Below are positions 21,345 to 33,436 of a stretch of 64,000 nucleotides of DNA, piece after piece. Source of the stretch: Octopus sinensis. Lineage: Eukaryota. A model generated the notes under the pieces. It saw only the letters and a list, made by a program, of their open reading frames with translations, made no database searches and had not been told where the DNA came from. The stretch is taken from NCBI RefSeq assembly GCF_006345805.1, contig NC_042998.1, positions 8,742,001-8,806,000 on the forward strand. The letters are read 5' to 3'. The number at the start of each line of letters is the position of its first letter. Position 1 is the stretch's first letter. Made by a program: the position numbers and the translations under genes.

Positions 21345-24300
21345 TAATAATCATCATCATCATCATCATCATTTAGCGTCCGTTTTCCATGCTAGCATGG
21401 GTTGGACGGTTCTACTGGGGTCTGTGAAGCCAGAAGGCTTCATCAGGCCCAGTCAAATCTGGCAGTGTTTCTACGGCTGGATGCCCTTCCTAACGCCAAC
21501 CACTCCGTGAGTGTAGTGGGTGCTTTTTACGTGCCACCCGCACTGGTGCCAGACAGAGCTGGCAAACGGCCACGAACGGATGGTGCTTTTTATGTGCCAC
21601 CGGCACGAGGGCCAGGCGAGGCTGGCAACGGACACGAAACGGGGCGGTGCTGGCAACGGTCGCGAAACGGAAAGTTCTCTTACATGCCACCGGCACTGGT
21701 AACACATCTGCAATTTCCATTGATCGATTTCCATTGATCGATTTCGATTCTGATCCTCACTTGCCTCAATGGGTCTTCACAAGCAGAGTTTCGACATGCC
21801 ACCGCACTGGTAGCACATCCGCAATTTCCATTGATCGGTTTCGATTCTGATCCTCACTTGCCTCAACACGTCTTCACAAGTAGAGTTTTGTGTCCCAAGA
21901 AGGGAAGGTAGGCATACGTAGTGCTGGCTCCTCCCATGTAGAAGGCCAAGGGTGTGGGACTCATTGTACTGCCGGGTCTTCTCGCGCACAGCATCTGCAA
22001 TTCCAGAAGGTATCGGTCTCTATGTCATTTCCTCAGTGAGAACCTAAATTTCGACAGCGTCGTTGCTTCACCACTCGTCCCAGGTTTCCGGGGTCTGCCT
22101 CTTCCACGGTTTCCCTTTGCAACCCACTAGGGAGTGGCACTTTTTCAAAAACTATCTTCATCCATCTTCTCGCCACAGTGTTTTCACACCATACCAGCCG
22201 CAAAACGTCTCTCTTGCACACCACAACTGATGCTTCTTAGGTCCGCTTTTCTCTCAAGGTACTTACACTCTCTGCCGAGTGTGAAGTACCGGCATTACAC
22301 ATCCATCGGAGCATACTGGGCTTCATTTCTAGCGAGCCTTACGCCATATCCTCAGCAGTCACGGCCCATGTTTCAATGCCATGTAGCATGGCTGTTCGTT
22401 ACACACGCATCATACAGTCTGCCTTTCACTCTGTGCGAGGGGCCTTTGTCACCAGCAAGAGGGAAGAGCTCTCTGAACTTTGCCCAAGCTATTCTTACTC
22501 TAGCAGTTACACTTTCAGCACACCCGCCCCCGCTGCTGACTTGGTCACCTAGGTAACGGAAACTATCAACTATTTCTAGTTTTTCTCCTGGAAAGAAAGT
22601 GACGGAAGTTGGTCTCAGAGCATTTTCAGTGTTTATTGTTCTGAGCATCTGCCACATACAAAAACCATCTTCCTAGTTAGCCTTCCTTTGACATTGCTGC
22701 TGCTCATCTTATGTGTCCATAGCTTACACTTGGTGCATCTTATAGAGTTTCTACCTAACCTTTTCTACAGATCGAGCAGGGCCATCTACCTGAAGGTGTT
22801 TGTGATTTGTCTACCTTTCTACTGATTACGACTTTGGTTTTAGCTAGATTGACTCTGAGGCCCTTCGATTCTAATCCTTGTTTCCACACCTGAAACTTCT
22901 CCTCCAGTTCTGATAGCGACTCAGCAATTAGAGCAAGGTCATCAGCATAGAGGAGCTCCAAGGGCATCCTGTCTTGAATTCCTCCGTTATTGCCTGGAGG
23001 ACTAAGATAAATAGGAGGGGGCTGAGTACTGAGCCTTGGTGGACCCCTACCTCTACCCGGAATTCTTCACTGTACTCATTTCCAACCCTCACCCTACTAG
23101 CGGTGTCCCTATACATGGCCCGCACAGCTCTCACTAACCATTCATCTATCCCTAGTTTTCTCATTGCCACCAGATAAGGGATCGGGGGACCCTGTCGAAG
23201 TCTTTCTCCATGTCAACAAAAGCCAGGTACAGGGGCTTATCTTGGCTAGGTATTTCTCCTGCAGCTGCCTTACCAGGAATATAGCATCAGTAGTACTTTT
23301 CCCTGGCACAAACCCAAACTGCATCTCATCTAAACTAACTCTCTCTCTAATTAGTTGGGCTATGACCCTCTCCGTAACCTTCATCACCTGGTCCAACAGC
23401 TTGATACCTCTGTAGTTATTTGTATCTAGGGCATCACCTTTACCTTTGTAGCAGTTGACTATTATACTGCTACACCAGTCATTGGGTATGACCCCTTTGT
23501 GTATCACCTGATTAACTATATGGGTGACTAGGCTATAGCCGACACTACCAGACATTTTGAGCATCTCTGCAGTGATTCCTGATGGGCCTGGGGCTTTCCC
23601 TGTCTTCATGCTTCTAATTGCCTTAGCTACCACAGAACTATCAACTCGGATAGCTGGTCCCTCTGTTGGGTCAACATCGGCAGACTCTCTTTATCCCATT
23701 CATTTTCTTCATTCAGCAACCTTTCATAGTGGCATCTCCAAACCTCTCTCTTTGCATCCTCATTTAGCGCAAGTGAACCATCTTCCATGCGAACACACTT
23801 CTCTCCTACCACATCACGATTCTCTCTCACACACTGTCTTGCAACACGAACACCTCCAGTCTTTGGTCCTCACGGCGCAGAACATTGGCAAATTTTTTCT
23901 TATCTGCTTCCCCTCTGGCTAAATAAACCTGTCTCCTAGCTTCTCTTTTGGCAGTCTGATACAATTCCCTGCTACCCCCATTTTTCCAGACCTTCCAAGC
24001 CTGTCTCTTTTCTCTAATAGCCTTGTCTACAATATTGTTCCACACCACGTTATTCTAGGTCTTAAGGGGGACTTTGCACCAGCCACAGATCTAGTCAGTG
24101 GCTCTCAGCAGGTTGTCCCTTAGAAACGTCCAGCTGTCTTCTACCCCCTGTGATGCTCTATCCCCTTCTACTTCGTCAGAGGCTTCAAGTAATATGTCCC
24201 TAAATCTCTGTCCATTTGCAGGATCTTAAGCTTCCAGATCCTTCTTCTCCATATTTGTCGTCTTCTGGTTGTCCTCCTAGTCCTGATCCTAAAGTCACTA

Positions 24301-24788
24301 ACTACCAGTCTATGTTGTGGGGTACATTCTTCACCTGGGAAGGTTTTGGCATTTATAAGCAGCCATCTCTCCCTTTGCCTTGTAAGGATGTAGTCAATTT
24401 GGCTGGTATGTTGGCCCGATTGGTAAGTGACTAGGTGGCTGGTAGGTTTCCTGAAGTTAGTGTTGCAAATCATAAGATTATTTGCATCGCAGAACTCCAG
24501 CAGCCTGGTTCCCTCCTCGTTGCGGGAGCCATAGCCATAGCCTCCATGTACGCCATGGAAGCCCACAGCATGTCGTCCGACGTGACCATTGAAGTCACCA
24601 GCCACAAAGATAAGGTCTCTGTCGTTCGTCAATGAGGTAGTCTGCAGTAGAGTGTCATAGAATCGGTCTTTCTGTCCATCGGGTAGCCCCGACTGAGGAG
24701 CATAGGCTGATATAATGGTTGCTAAACTATGATGAAGCACTAATCTAATCTTAAGTATTCTGTCACTTACTCTGATTACCTCAATTAC
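21345..24788 (-). mobile_element. Longer RTE LINE copy including part of the APE endonuclease, with many frameshifts
   Basis: APE motifs in 24168-24740 (TIISAYAPQ, VAGDFNGHVG, SQIDYIL). RT pieces lie in ORFs 23142-23633, 22928-23170, 22755-22967 and 22373-22657. Tail at about 21350. Confidence 0.92.
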
Positions 24789-24789
24789 T

Positions 24790-25078
24790 TTATCTACCCA
24801 TTTCTCAGCGAAAAAATTTCAGTTGTGTTTACATTTCACATACCATGTATGTTTAGTACGTCACCAAATTGGTGGTCTCGTCTATTGAGACGGAGTAAAT
24901 AATATCAAACCGAAAGACCGAATACTATTGGTGAAAATTCTAATTATTAAACAATGTTAAACTTAGAAGTTACAATTCCGTTTTCATTCTGGTTTACAAT
25001 TAAGTTTACTTTTGACACATTCTACCAGTATACGAAGGAAAAATTTGAAAAAACTGGCCACGATAATGAAAAGATCCG
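24790..25078. mobile_element. Opposite terminus of the GGATCTTTTC-TIR DNA element family
   Basis: Reverse complement of about 33455-33690. Ends TGGCCACGATAATGAAAAGATCC. Confidence 0.65.
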
Positions 25079-25384
25079 AAAATTGCATATCATAGAAAAG
25101 TTAAAATTAAAATGACAATTAAAAAGTTAAGATTAAGTGAATTACAAAAATAATATAATGTATATAATAGGTAATATATATACACACATATACTAAATGC
25201 TCCACTATATTAAATTGTAAATTGAAAGATTTGTCCTTCAATGTATGATGAGTAAAATTTCATAAAGTTCATATTTGAAAAAGAGAGACTCTCCTGTGTT
25301 GAGGTTACAAATGACAGAATACAAACCGATAACTACTGAGTCTGTTGTCTGATATTCAACTGATTTAGTCTAATATCCTACTCT

Positions 25385-25584
<200 letters not shown>

Positions 25585-26959
25585 TGTGTCAACATGTCCA
25601 TTAATGCTGGGAATCTCCTCAATAATGCCATTTAAATACAAATTTAAATTGATATATATTTGTTCCGTAACTTCTTCACGTGGAACGATGCTTACTTATC
25701 CGAATCCACCCCTCGTTACCACACTGACTCTGACCACGTTTACTAGAAATCTCTCCTTTGTACCGGAATATCTCACAGCAACCCTCCCTCGCCCTCCTCC
25801 TCTCCCAGTCGTGACATCCACATTGCTGAAAGTCATACACATCCATGGTTGCTTCCTTCTCCGTCTCCAACAAAATAAAAGTAATCGTGACCACGCCATT
25901 CTTGGTTCTCATTGCTTAGTTAATTAGTCACTAACAATAGATAATAAATTAACTACCCTTTTGCTATTTGTCTACCTAAATTAATGCATTCTCTACCCAT
26001 AACCATCTTTTCTATGTAACTTAACGAATTAGTGACGCATATCTTATTTGTGTACCTAAATTAACGAATTATCTACCCGTATTCTATCGCATTTAACGAA
26101 TAACCTATCCTTCATCCTCTTTTGTCTACCTAACTTAAGAAATTAACTACCCATATTTTATCCGTTTACCTACCTTATTTACCTGCATTTGTATTAACAT
26201 CGCTTTGTACTAATGCCGGTATACGGTACCCACCACCGTTGGTGGTGACAAGAATTATATATGTATTTGCTAATATAAGAATTATATATGAATTATATAT
26301 GTGTATTTGCATATATCTTAACTAACACTGTTGTACTAATGAAGATACAACACTCATATCCAGTGGCTGTAACAAGTGTAACATGAATTATTGTGCATTA
26401 TATACGAGGACAATTGTTGCCACATGTTTATCGTCAAATGCTCATTACGACCATCTTTTTGATACAAATGTCTTCCTGGGGCTAAAAGCAACAGTATCAC
26501 TGTCCTGTATAGGACCGCCACATTTAGTTGGCAAATATATTTTATGAATAAACGGATAGGGATAAATAAATAGACACACAAATACATAAATGGGTGAAAA
26601 ATTCAAAATTTTAAATTGGGGAGAAGGGATTGAATTTGAGCTCCTTACTAAACTTTATTACATCAATTTTTTGGAAGACATTTTTATAAATTTGAAAGAT
26701 TATAAATTGTTTTATAAAGATAATTTTCGAAAATGTACTTCCGAAATAGTTAGAAGAAATTTCATAAAGCTGGAATGATCAGAAGAAACATATTTGATAC
26801 AATATTTCAGTAGCGTCTTCCGGAAACCCCTAATGTATGGCAATAATCATGGAACATGTGCCGTGGAAAGGTCCTGAAATTAAAAGAAAATATATATACA
26901 TGGTGAATATTCGTTTCCTCCAAAAGTTAATTAATTATATTATAACTGAGACAAGTTGT

Positions 26960-27700
26960 GAAAGAAGGAGTCCGAGGAGGACATGGGATGAAATATTGAG
27001 GGCTGTTCAGAAAACACTGAGTCGAACGAAGGACATGACAGAAGATTCAATGCAAAGGCTGCAGAAGAGGAAAAAGCTTCTATGCTCTGCTGGATGTGCA
27101 ATGTCAGTTGCACATCATGCAATATTAGTGCGACAGAGCACCGATGCATTGAGAGAGAAGTTGAGTAGAAGATGAATTTTATGCAGCGTGCAAAAGAGAC
27201 GACTTCGCTGGTTTGGACATGCGATGCAGATGGATGAGACAGTTGCATAAACAAGTGTTGATCACTTAAAATGGAGGTAAATTGCTGAAGCGGGAGACCC
27301 AGGAAGATGTGGAACGTGGAAGTGAAGTTTGATCTCAAATATAGGAGAGAATTACCGGGCATAAGGGGAATTATATGAAGTGTGCAATGGAGAAGATTGT
27401 GCAGGTTTAGTAATGCTGTGTGGATGGATGAGGGCACTGGCTTAAAGAAGTGCCGATCGTATAAAGTAGAGGGAATTTGCGGAAGGGAGACCAAAGAAGG
27501 CATTGGATGAAGTATTGAAGGTCGATCTAAAAAGGTGGATCATTACAGATGTGACAGAGAAACGAAATATAGGATACATTTTTACTCAAGAAGACCCACA
27601 GTCATTAAGAGAATTGAGATCCTAAAACAAAAGTGCTACGTAAAAAGCATTAGTGTCGGTGATTTTGATATGGGAAAACCTCAGGTGCTGGTGCCACGTA
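26960..27700 (+). pseudogene. Decayed RTE C-terminal and 3' fragments
   Basis: Remnants of EASMLCWMCNVS, RRLRWFGH and two GRPRKTW-like segments. Confidence 0.6.
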
Positions 27701-27793
27701 AAAATCACTGGTGCCAGGGAGAAATCACTAGTGATAGTGCCACATAACAACAGACGTAGAGAAGTGGTTTACATGTTTATAACTGTCGCCGGT

Positions 27794-28350
27794 GTCCTCT
27801 ACGAGTATTATCCTCCATTTTGTGAGTTGATAGATGTGTAAAACAGTCCGATCCTGGAATGGGATGTCCTTGAACAGAGATGACAAAGGAAGTTGTCCAT
27901 TATATTGGTGGTGAGTCTGAGATGACGTCACTTTTCATCAAGTTTCTTACGCTGGATTAGTTCAAAAGAGTGCGGCTCTTTTGTCACAGAAGGTGCACCA
28001 AGTTTGCCGGTTCAGAACAATGTGTTCACATTGTGCCGGCTGAATGTTGCAGGAGTTGTGAAGATGCTTAAGACGGACCCTGAACATTTTCTGGGGTCCC
28101 CTGTACGGCCGAACACCAATTGATAGTGCTCTGAAGGAGGCCATTTTCGCTAAACGATTGTGAAGTATCCTGAACACCTGACCGACCCATCTTTGAAAAC
28201 GGCGGTGGATGATGGCTTCAACACTGAAGATTTGTCATTGCTGGGGACTTTCTGTGCGTGGGACCTTATCTTTATAAGAAATGCAGAAAATTCGTTGGGG
28301 ACAATTGATGTGAAATGCCTCCCATTTCTTCACATGATGGCGGTGTAAGG
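27794..28350 (-). pseudogene. BovB-like RTE C-terminal fragment (copy 1)
   Basis: Reads FHINCPQRIFCISYKDKV..SVEAII..RWVGQVFRI..RLAK..G.RPYRGPQKMF. Duplicated at 43278-43834. Confidence 0.7.
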
Positions 28351-29232
28351 TTCCGCATTCACAGCCATACATTAAAAGCTAAAAGCTAAGAGTAAAAGAA
28401 AAACGCACCGAGAAAAAGAGGGTAAAGCGAAGAGTGAGAGAGAAAGAGGGAGAGTTCTGTGTATTTATTCAATAAAATCGTGCATAAAGTATATAAAATG
28501 TATATATAATGAGATTTAACTAGTCACCGTATTCCAATTTCCTTCACATTTCAATGATAAGATGAGAGACTGTCATTTGATACAGACAAAACACAGTTTT
28601 CAGAAATAACCCCCAGGAGGTAACCCCATGAAATTTTCATTGGTTTCGCTAGTTATTCTAAATCAGTCCTTCACTTTTCAAAGATTAGCAGATGTGCGAT
28701 TATCTTTTGTTACAAACAAAACAATGTCTATACTTTCAACTCTTTTGGATAAAGTTATCAGAAACAACCTAACAAGTTGTCAATTAATTCCCTGAAATGT
28801 TCACATCCAATTATGCATTGCTAGAAATAACAGCCAAAACATCTCTTAGCTACGATAAAGCACTTATCTTATGACAGATAAGGGAGGCATGCACACTACA
28901 GCATCCGAGACATAGAGAGATTATCAGTGATTTCGCATCTGATTCAGGCTCGTCAGTGGCTCTTACCCGTTGCTCTAGTCTTAAGCTGGCTTCCCCTGTC
29001 TGTTTAAAAGGTTTACAGTAGTAATCTCACTCTGCTTTCATGAATGGTAAATTTGAAAATAATAAATTTATAAGGTGGCTTATCCGCAATTTAGAAGTGG
29101 AAGGCAGAACTATAGATGCCACTAAACTGAGTAAGGGTTCTAGCTTACACCAGCATTGCTAGAAATAACAGTCAAAACAAATCTTGCCCATGATATAACT
29201 CTAATCTACCTATCTATCCATCAATCTACCTC

Positions 29233-29300
<68 letters not shown>

Positions 29301-29367
29301 CATACATACATACATATGCATATATATATACATATATATATGTGTGTATATATACACTCATTTATAT

Positions 29368-30055
29368 ATCATCATCATCATCATCATCATCGTTTAACGT
29401 CCGCTTTCCATGCTAGCATGGGTTGGACGGTTCAACTGGGGTCTGGCAAGCCCGAAGGCTGCACCAGGCCAGTCAGATCTGGCAGTGTTTCTACAGCTGG
29501 ATGCCCTTCCTAACGCCAACCACTCCGAGAGTGTAGTGGGTGATTTTATGTGCCACCGACACAGGTGCCAGACGAGGCTGGCAGACGGCCACGCTCGGAT
29601 GGTGTTTTTTATGTGCCACCGACACAGGTGCCAGACGAGGCTGGCTGACGGCCATGCTCGGATGGTGTTTTCTTATGTGTCACCGACACAGGTGCCAGAC
29701 GGGGCTGGCGGACGGCCACGCTCGGATGGTGTTTGTTACGTGCCTTCAGCACGGAGGCCAGTCGTTGCGGTACTGGCTACGATCACGTTCGGATGGTTTT
29801 CTTATGTGCCACCGGCACTGGTACCACAAGGATACAAATTCCATTGATGTTCATCTATTTTGATTTGGTTAGATTTGATTTGATTTGATTCGATTCTCAC
29901 TTGCCTCAACAGGTCTTCACAAGTGTCACAAGAAGGAAGGTATACACAGGTGGACTGACTACGTCTCAGGTAGGGGCCACGGATTATGGCTTCACTAGTC
30001 TTGCCGGGTCTTCTCACGCACAGCATACTTCCATAGGTCTCGGTCTCTAGTCATT
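29368..30055 (-). mobile_element. RTE LINE 3' end (ORF terminus, 3' UTR with repeated GTGCCACC units, tail)
   Basis: ORF end REKTRQD at about 30000-30020, and (CAT)n on + at 29368-29390. Confidence 0.85.
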
Positions 30056-30091
30056 TATATGTACATATATATATTTACTTATACATATATA

Positions 30092-30175
<84 letters not shown>

Positions 30176-30252
30176 TGCAGCGTGGAGGGTGTTTATAAGC
30201 CATTTAAGAAACACACAAAAGCCGTTCAATTCACTTCAACATTTAAGTTTAA

Positions 30253-30302
30253 TTTGTCAAAATATTTTCGTCGCTAAAATCCACGACCTGTTCACTGACA
30301 AA
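30253..30302 (-). ncRNA. Hammerhead-like fold with G3-C8 variant core (inverted copy)
   Basis: Exact reverse complement of 38097-38146. Confidence 0.55.
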
Positions 30303-30803
30303 AATCCGTGCTGCATCTGAGAAAGTAACAGTTAGTTCATCATATATATGTACGTATGTATGTGTGTATGTATGCATACATGTGTGTATGTATGTACGTA
30401 AGCATGTACGTACATACGCCTGTGTATGCATGTATGTATGTATGTATATATATATGTATGTGTGTCTATATGCACGCACATACACACTATAAACATAAAG
30501 CTATAAACCTGTAGCGATGGATAGATGTAGAGTGACCACTCATCACAATAATATCAAATTTCAACTCCCCCCCCCGGCCGAAGCCTGGAAGTGATTTACG
30601 ACCCTTACTCCCAAAACTATACCCTAAAACCTATTATCAGATAATTATCTCTATATCACAGAACTTTTGTTTTACTATTGTGCGTATGTATGTATGTATG
30701 TGCGTATGTATGTATGTATGTATGTATGTGTGTATGTACATACGTACGCATGTGCGTATGTATGTATGTATGTATGTATGTATGTATGTGCGTATGTATG
30801 TAT

Positions 30804-30880
30804 GCAGCGTCAGTATAGGGTGGCATGCATACTCTTTTGTTGAACAAAAGAGTATGCATGCCACCCTATACTGACGCTGC
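30804..30880. repeat. Perfect 77-bp palindrome (38-bp arms, 1-nt centre) at the PLE 5' junction
   Basis: GCAGCGTCAGTATAGGGTGGCATGCATACTCTTTTGTT-G-AACAAAAGAGTATGCATGCCACCCTATACTGACGCTGC. Confidence 0.97.
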
Positions 30881-31075
30881 TTTGGAAGCGAAGTTTACAC
30901 TTACTAAATCCAAGCTTCTATCAGCCTTCTCCAATTACACCCAAAGGCATATACAAGAACGATCAGTAAATAAGACCCACGATCTTAACACCAAAATTAA
31001 GAAAGGCCTTAACTATTAAAAAGACGCATCAAAAACAGAGAGATTGTATGTTTCCCAACTGACAAATCAGGTAGG

Positions 31076-33181
31076 ATGTCTGTTGACAACATACCTAATT
31101 ACATCTCGAACATGCAACCACACATCAGAGACATGACAGAAACTACAACACTCGAATATATCGGGAACGAAAAAATCATTAATGCTCACATGGGGATGTG
31201 GAGTATAATTCTCCAGTCGGAGAAGCGCACAGCTAACAACTTCTTAACCACCAACAACGAAATCCCACCCCTATATGGCCTTCGCAAAGATCACAAGAGC
31301 CACATGGATCATATACTTGGGCCACCCACCCGACCCGTTTGTGGTGCCAACAATGCAAGCAACCACAAAATATCATATTTTCTCTCACAATTCCTACGAC
31401 CATTAATAGAGCTATCTGCGGATGTATGTGACAGTACTGAGGACCTCCTTAGCAGGATCCGCGAATGCAACAACACATGTGACCTCAAGAACCACATCGT
31501 GGGTAGCATGGATGTGGTATCACTATACCCCTCCATCGATGTAGACTTTGCTGTCGATAAATGTATAGAAATAGTTAGTGAGAGTGGTATGATATTTAAG
31601 AATGTGGATGTATATGAACTAGGGCTCTTCCTGGCCCTGACGTGTACCAATGAATACCTGTCGCGCAAAAACCTTCTATATGCTTGTCCCACCCGTAACA
31701 AACGCGGTAGACCGCCTACCATTACCTCAGCATACAGGAAGACTCACTGTGAGTGCTGGCAGGGATGGACAAAGCCGGACTACCCACCTTCAAGTGCACA
31801 CGACATTAGAACCACCATCGCACATGCTATCGGTGTCAGCCTGAGATTTACGTTAAAAACAGATATTTTTAAATTTGACAACAAACTGTATAGGCAGACG
31901 AAAGGCGGTGCTATTGGAGTGGGGATCGCCGGTGACGTTGCAAACCTCTTCATGGTATGGTGGGACAAACATTTTAAACAGTGCCTAGCAAACCGTAACA
32001 TCCACTTGGCTATGTACTCTCGTTACGTCGACGACATTAACCTTGTTGTGAAATATAATACAGACACAGTTATGGGCCCTCTACCAAGTGAAGAACAGGT
32101 GATGACATCTATACAACACATAGCTGACTCTATCCACTGCAGTATAAAATTTACCATAGACTACCCCTCTAAACACCCCAGTAAACGATTACCCGTCCTA
32201 GATACTGAGCTATGGATGGAAGATGCTATGGTTAATGGAACCATTAAACCCTGTATACTCCACTTACACTATCAGAAACCGATGGCTAATCCACTAGTAA
32301 TCCGTAGTGACTCAGCTATGTCGGATACTGCCAAACTCAACATCCTAGTGGCAGACTTAATTAGAGTAATGAGGAATGTATCACCACTATGCCAACCACA
32401 AGAACGACAACAACACATCCAGCACTACATATTCCGAATGCAACGCTCCGGATACACACAAGACGATAGAGTCAGGGTGTACAAAAGAGCGAAAGGTAGA
32501 TTCGAACGCATTCTAAGGAACGACGAAAACGGTATATGCCCCCTATACCGCAACATGTTCTGGAATAGGTTTGAGAGGGACACCAACAAAAGGATGAGAA
32601 ACGTTACTTGGTACGATAACAGGAGATTTCACGGAGTAATGTTCGTTGACGCCACACCTAAGAACGAGCTAAGTAAGGCATTCAAGAAAATCCTACGCAC
32701 TACAGGCCTAAAAATTAAAGTTGTAGGAAAGACAGGTAGGACTATCAAATCGGCATTATGCAGATCATATCCATTTGATAGAATCACCTGTCAAAGTAAT
32801 TGTGCAGTATGTTCGACAAATCCACATGTAAATTGCAAAACCAAGGGCACTGTATACCAGATTAAGTGCCAGGAGGGAGCTTGCGCGACTAACCCAGAGT
32901 CATACATAGGTGAGACTTCTAGAAGCATCAATGATAGGTTCAAAGAACACCTGGACAACTACATTGAAAGGAAGCCAAACTCCATCTTCTACCAACATGC
33001 AGTAGACTGCCACAAGGGATCCTTAGGGAAACTTAAGTTGAACATCCTATCAACACATCCCACCGATGCAATGTTGAGACAGGTCACAGAAGCTGTTTGT
33101 ATACAAGAATACAAACCTACTCTCAACCGAAAGTCCGAATGGAGTAACATCCAGATCCCATTCAGAAGGACTATTCTATAA
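31076..33181 (+). CDS. Penelope-like reverse transcriptase plus C-terminal GIY-YIG endonuclease (701 aa, uninterrupted)
   Basis: RT motifs LYGLRKDHK, PTRPV, DVVSLYPSI, YRQTKGGAIG, RYVDDI and LPVLD. Endonuclease motif CKTKGTVYQIKC..YIGETSRSINDRFKEH..H..H. The frame extends upstream through TDKSG to a frameshift near 31012. Confidence 0.93.
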   Translation: MSVDNIPNYISNMQPHIRDMTETTTLEYIGNEKIINAHMGMWSIILQSEKRTANNFLTTNNEIPPLYGLRKDHKSHMDHILGPPTRPVCGANNASNHKISYFLSQFLRPLIELSADVCDSTEDLLSRIRECNNTCDLKNHIVGSMDVVSLYPSIDVDFAVDKCIEIVSESGMIFKNVDVYELGLFLALTCTNEYLSRKNLLYACPTRNKRGRPPTITSAYRKTHCECWQGWTKPDYPPSSAHDIRTTIAHAIGVSLRFTLKTDIFKFDNKLYRQTKGGAIGVGIAGDVANLFMVWWDKHFKQCLANRNIHLAMYSRYVDDINLVVKYNTDTVMGPLPSEEQVMTSIQHIADSIHCSIKFTIDYPSKHPSKRLPVLDTELWMEDAMVNGTIKPCILHLHYQKPMANPLVIRSDSAMSDTAKLNILVADLIRVMRNVSPLCQPQERQQHIQHYIFRMQRSGYTQDDRVRVYKRAKGRFERILRNDENGICPLYRNMFWNRFERDTNKRMRNVTWYDNRRFHGVMFVDATPKNELSKAFKKILRTTGLKIKVVGKTGRTIKSALCRSYPFDRITCQSNCAVCSTNPHVNCKTKGTVYQIKCQEGACATNPESYIGETSRSINDRFKEHLDNYIERKPNSIFYQHAVDCHKGSLGKLKLNILSTHPTDAMLRQVTEAVCIQEYKPTLNRKSEWSNIQIPFRRTIL

Positions 33182-33436
33182 CCATCCCTCTCTCTCTCTC
33201 TCTCTCGTTTACTTGTAGTCTTTACATACAGGTTGCAATGCGTATGTACAGTTATATATAACAGTATGAGCGTACGTTGTTTGATGCGTACAGTTGCACT
33301 TAGGCGTTGTATCCATTCACAGTTAGACGGTGATGAGAGGAACAAACACACACCCAGACATATATATATATGTGTGTGCGTCTATACAAACATATATGTG
33401 AATATGTATACAACCTTCAACAAAGTAACAGTCATG

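Noticed and set aside
25696-25914. 219-nt AG..GT-bounded open segment that could be a phase 1-1 exon
   Set aside because: Across a frameshift it reads FILLETE..DVYDF/SNVDVTTGRGGG..VAVRY, typical of a decayed LINE APE domain, and the acceptor lacks a pyrimidine tract.
26340-26560. LHLLQPLDMSV, similar to a pogo/DDE_1 motif
   Set aside because: It is a single short motif among stops, too weak to annotate.
28520-28590. Sequence resembling the micro-exon acceptor flank (also at about 44005-44075)
   Set aside because: There is no AG at the homologous position and no GTAGG donor at a frame-preserving distance; at most it is a degenerate relic.
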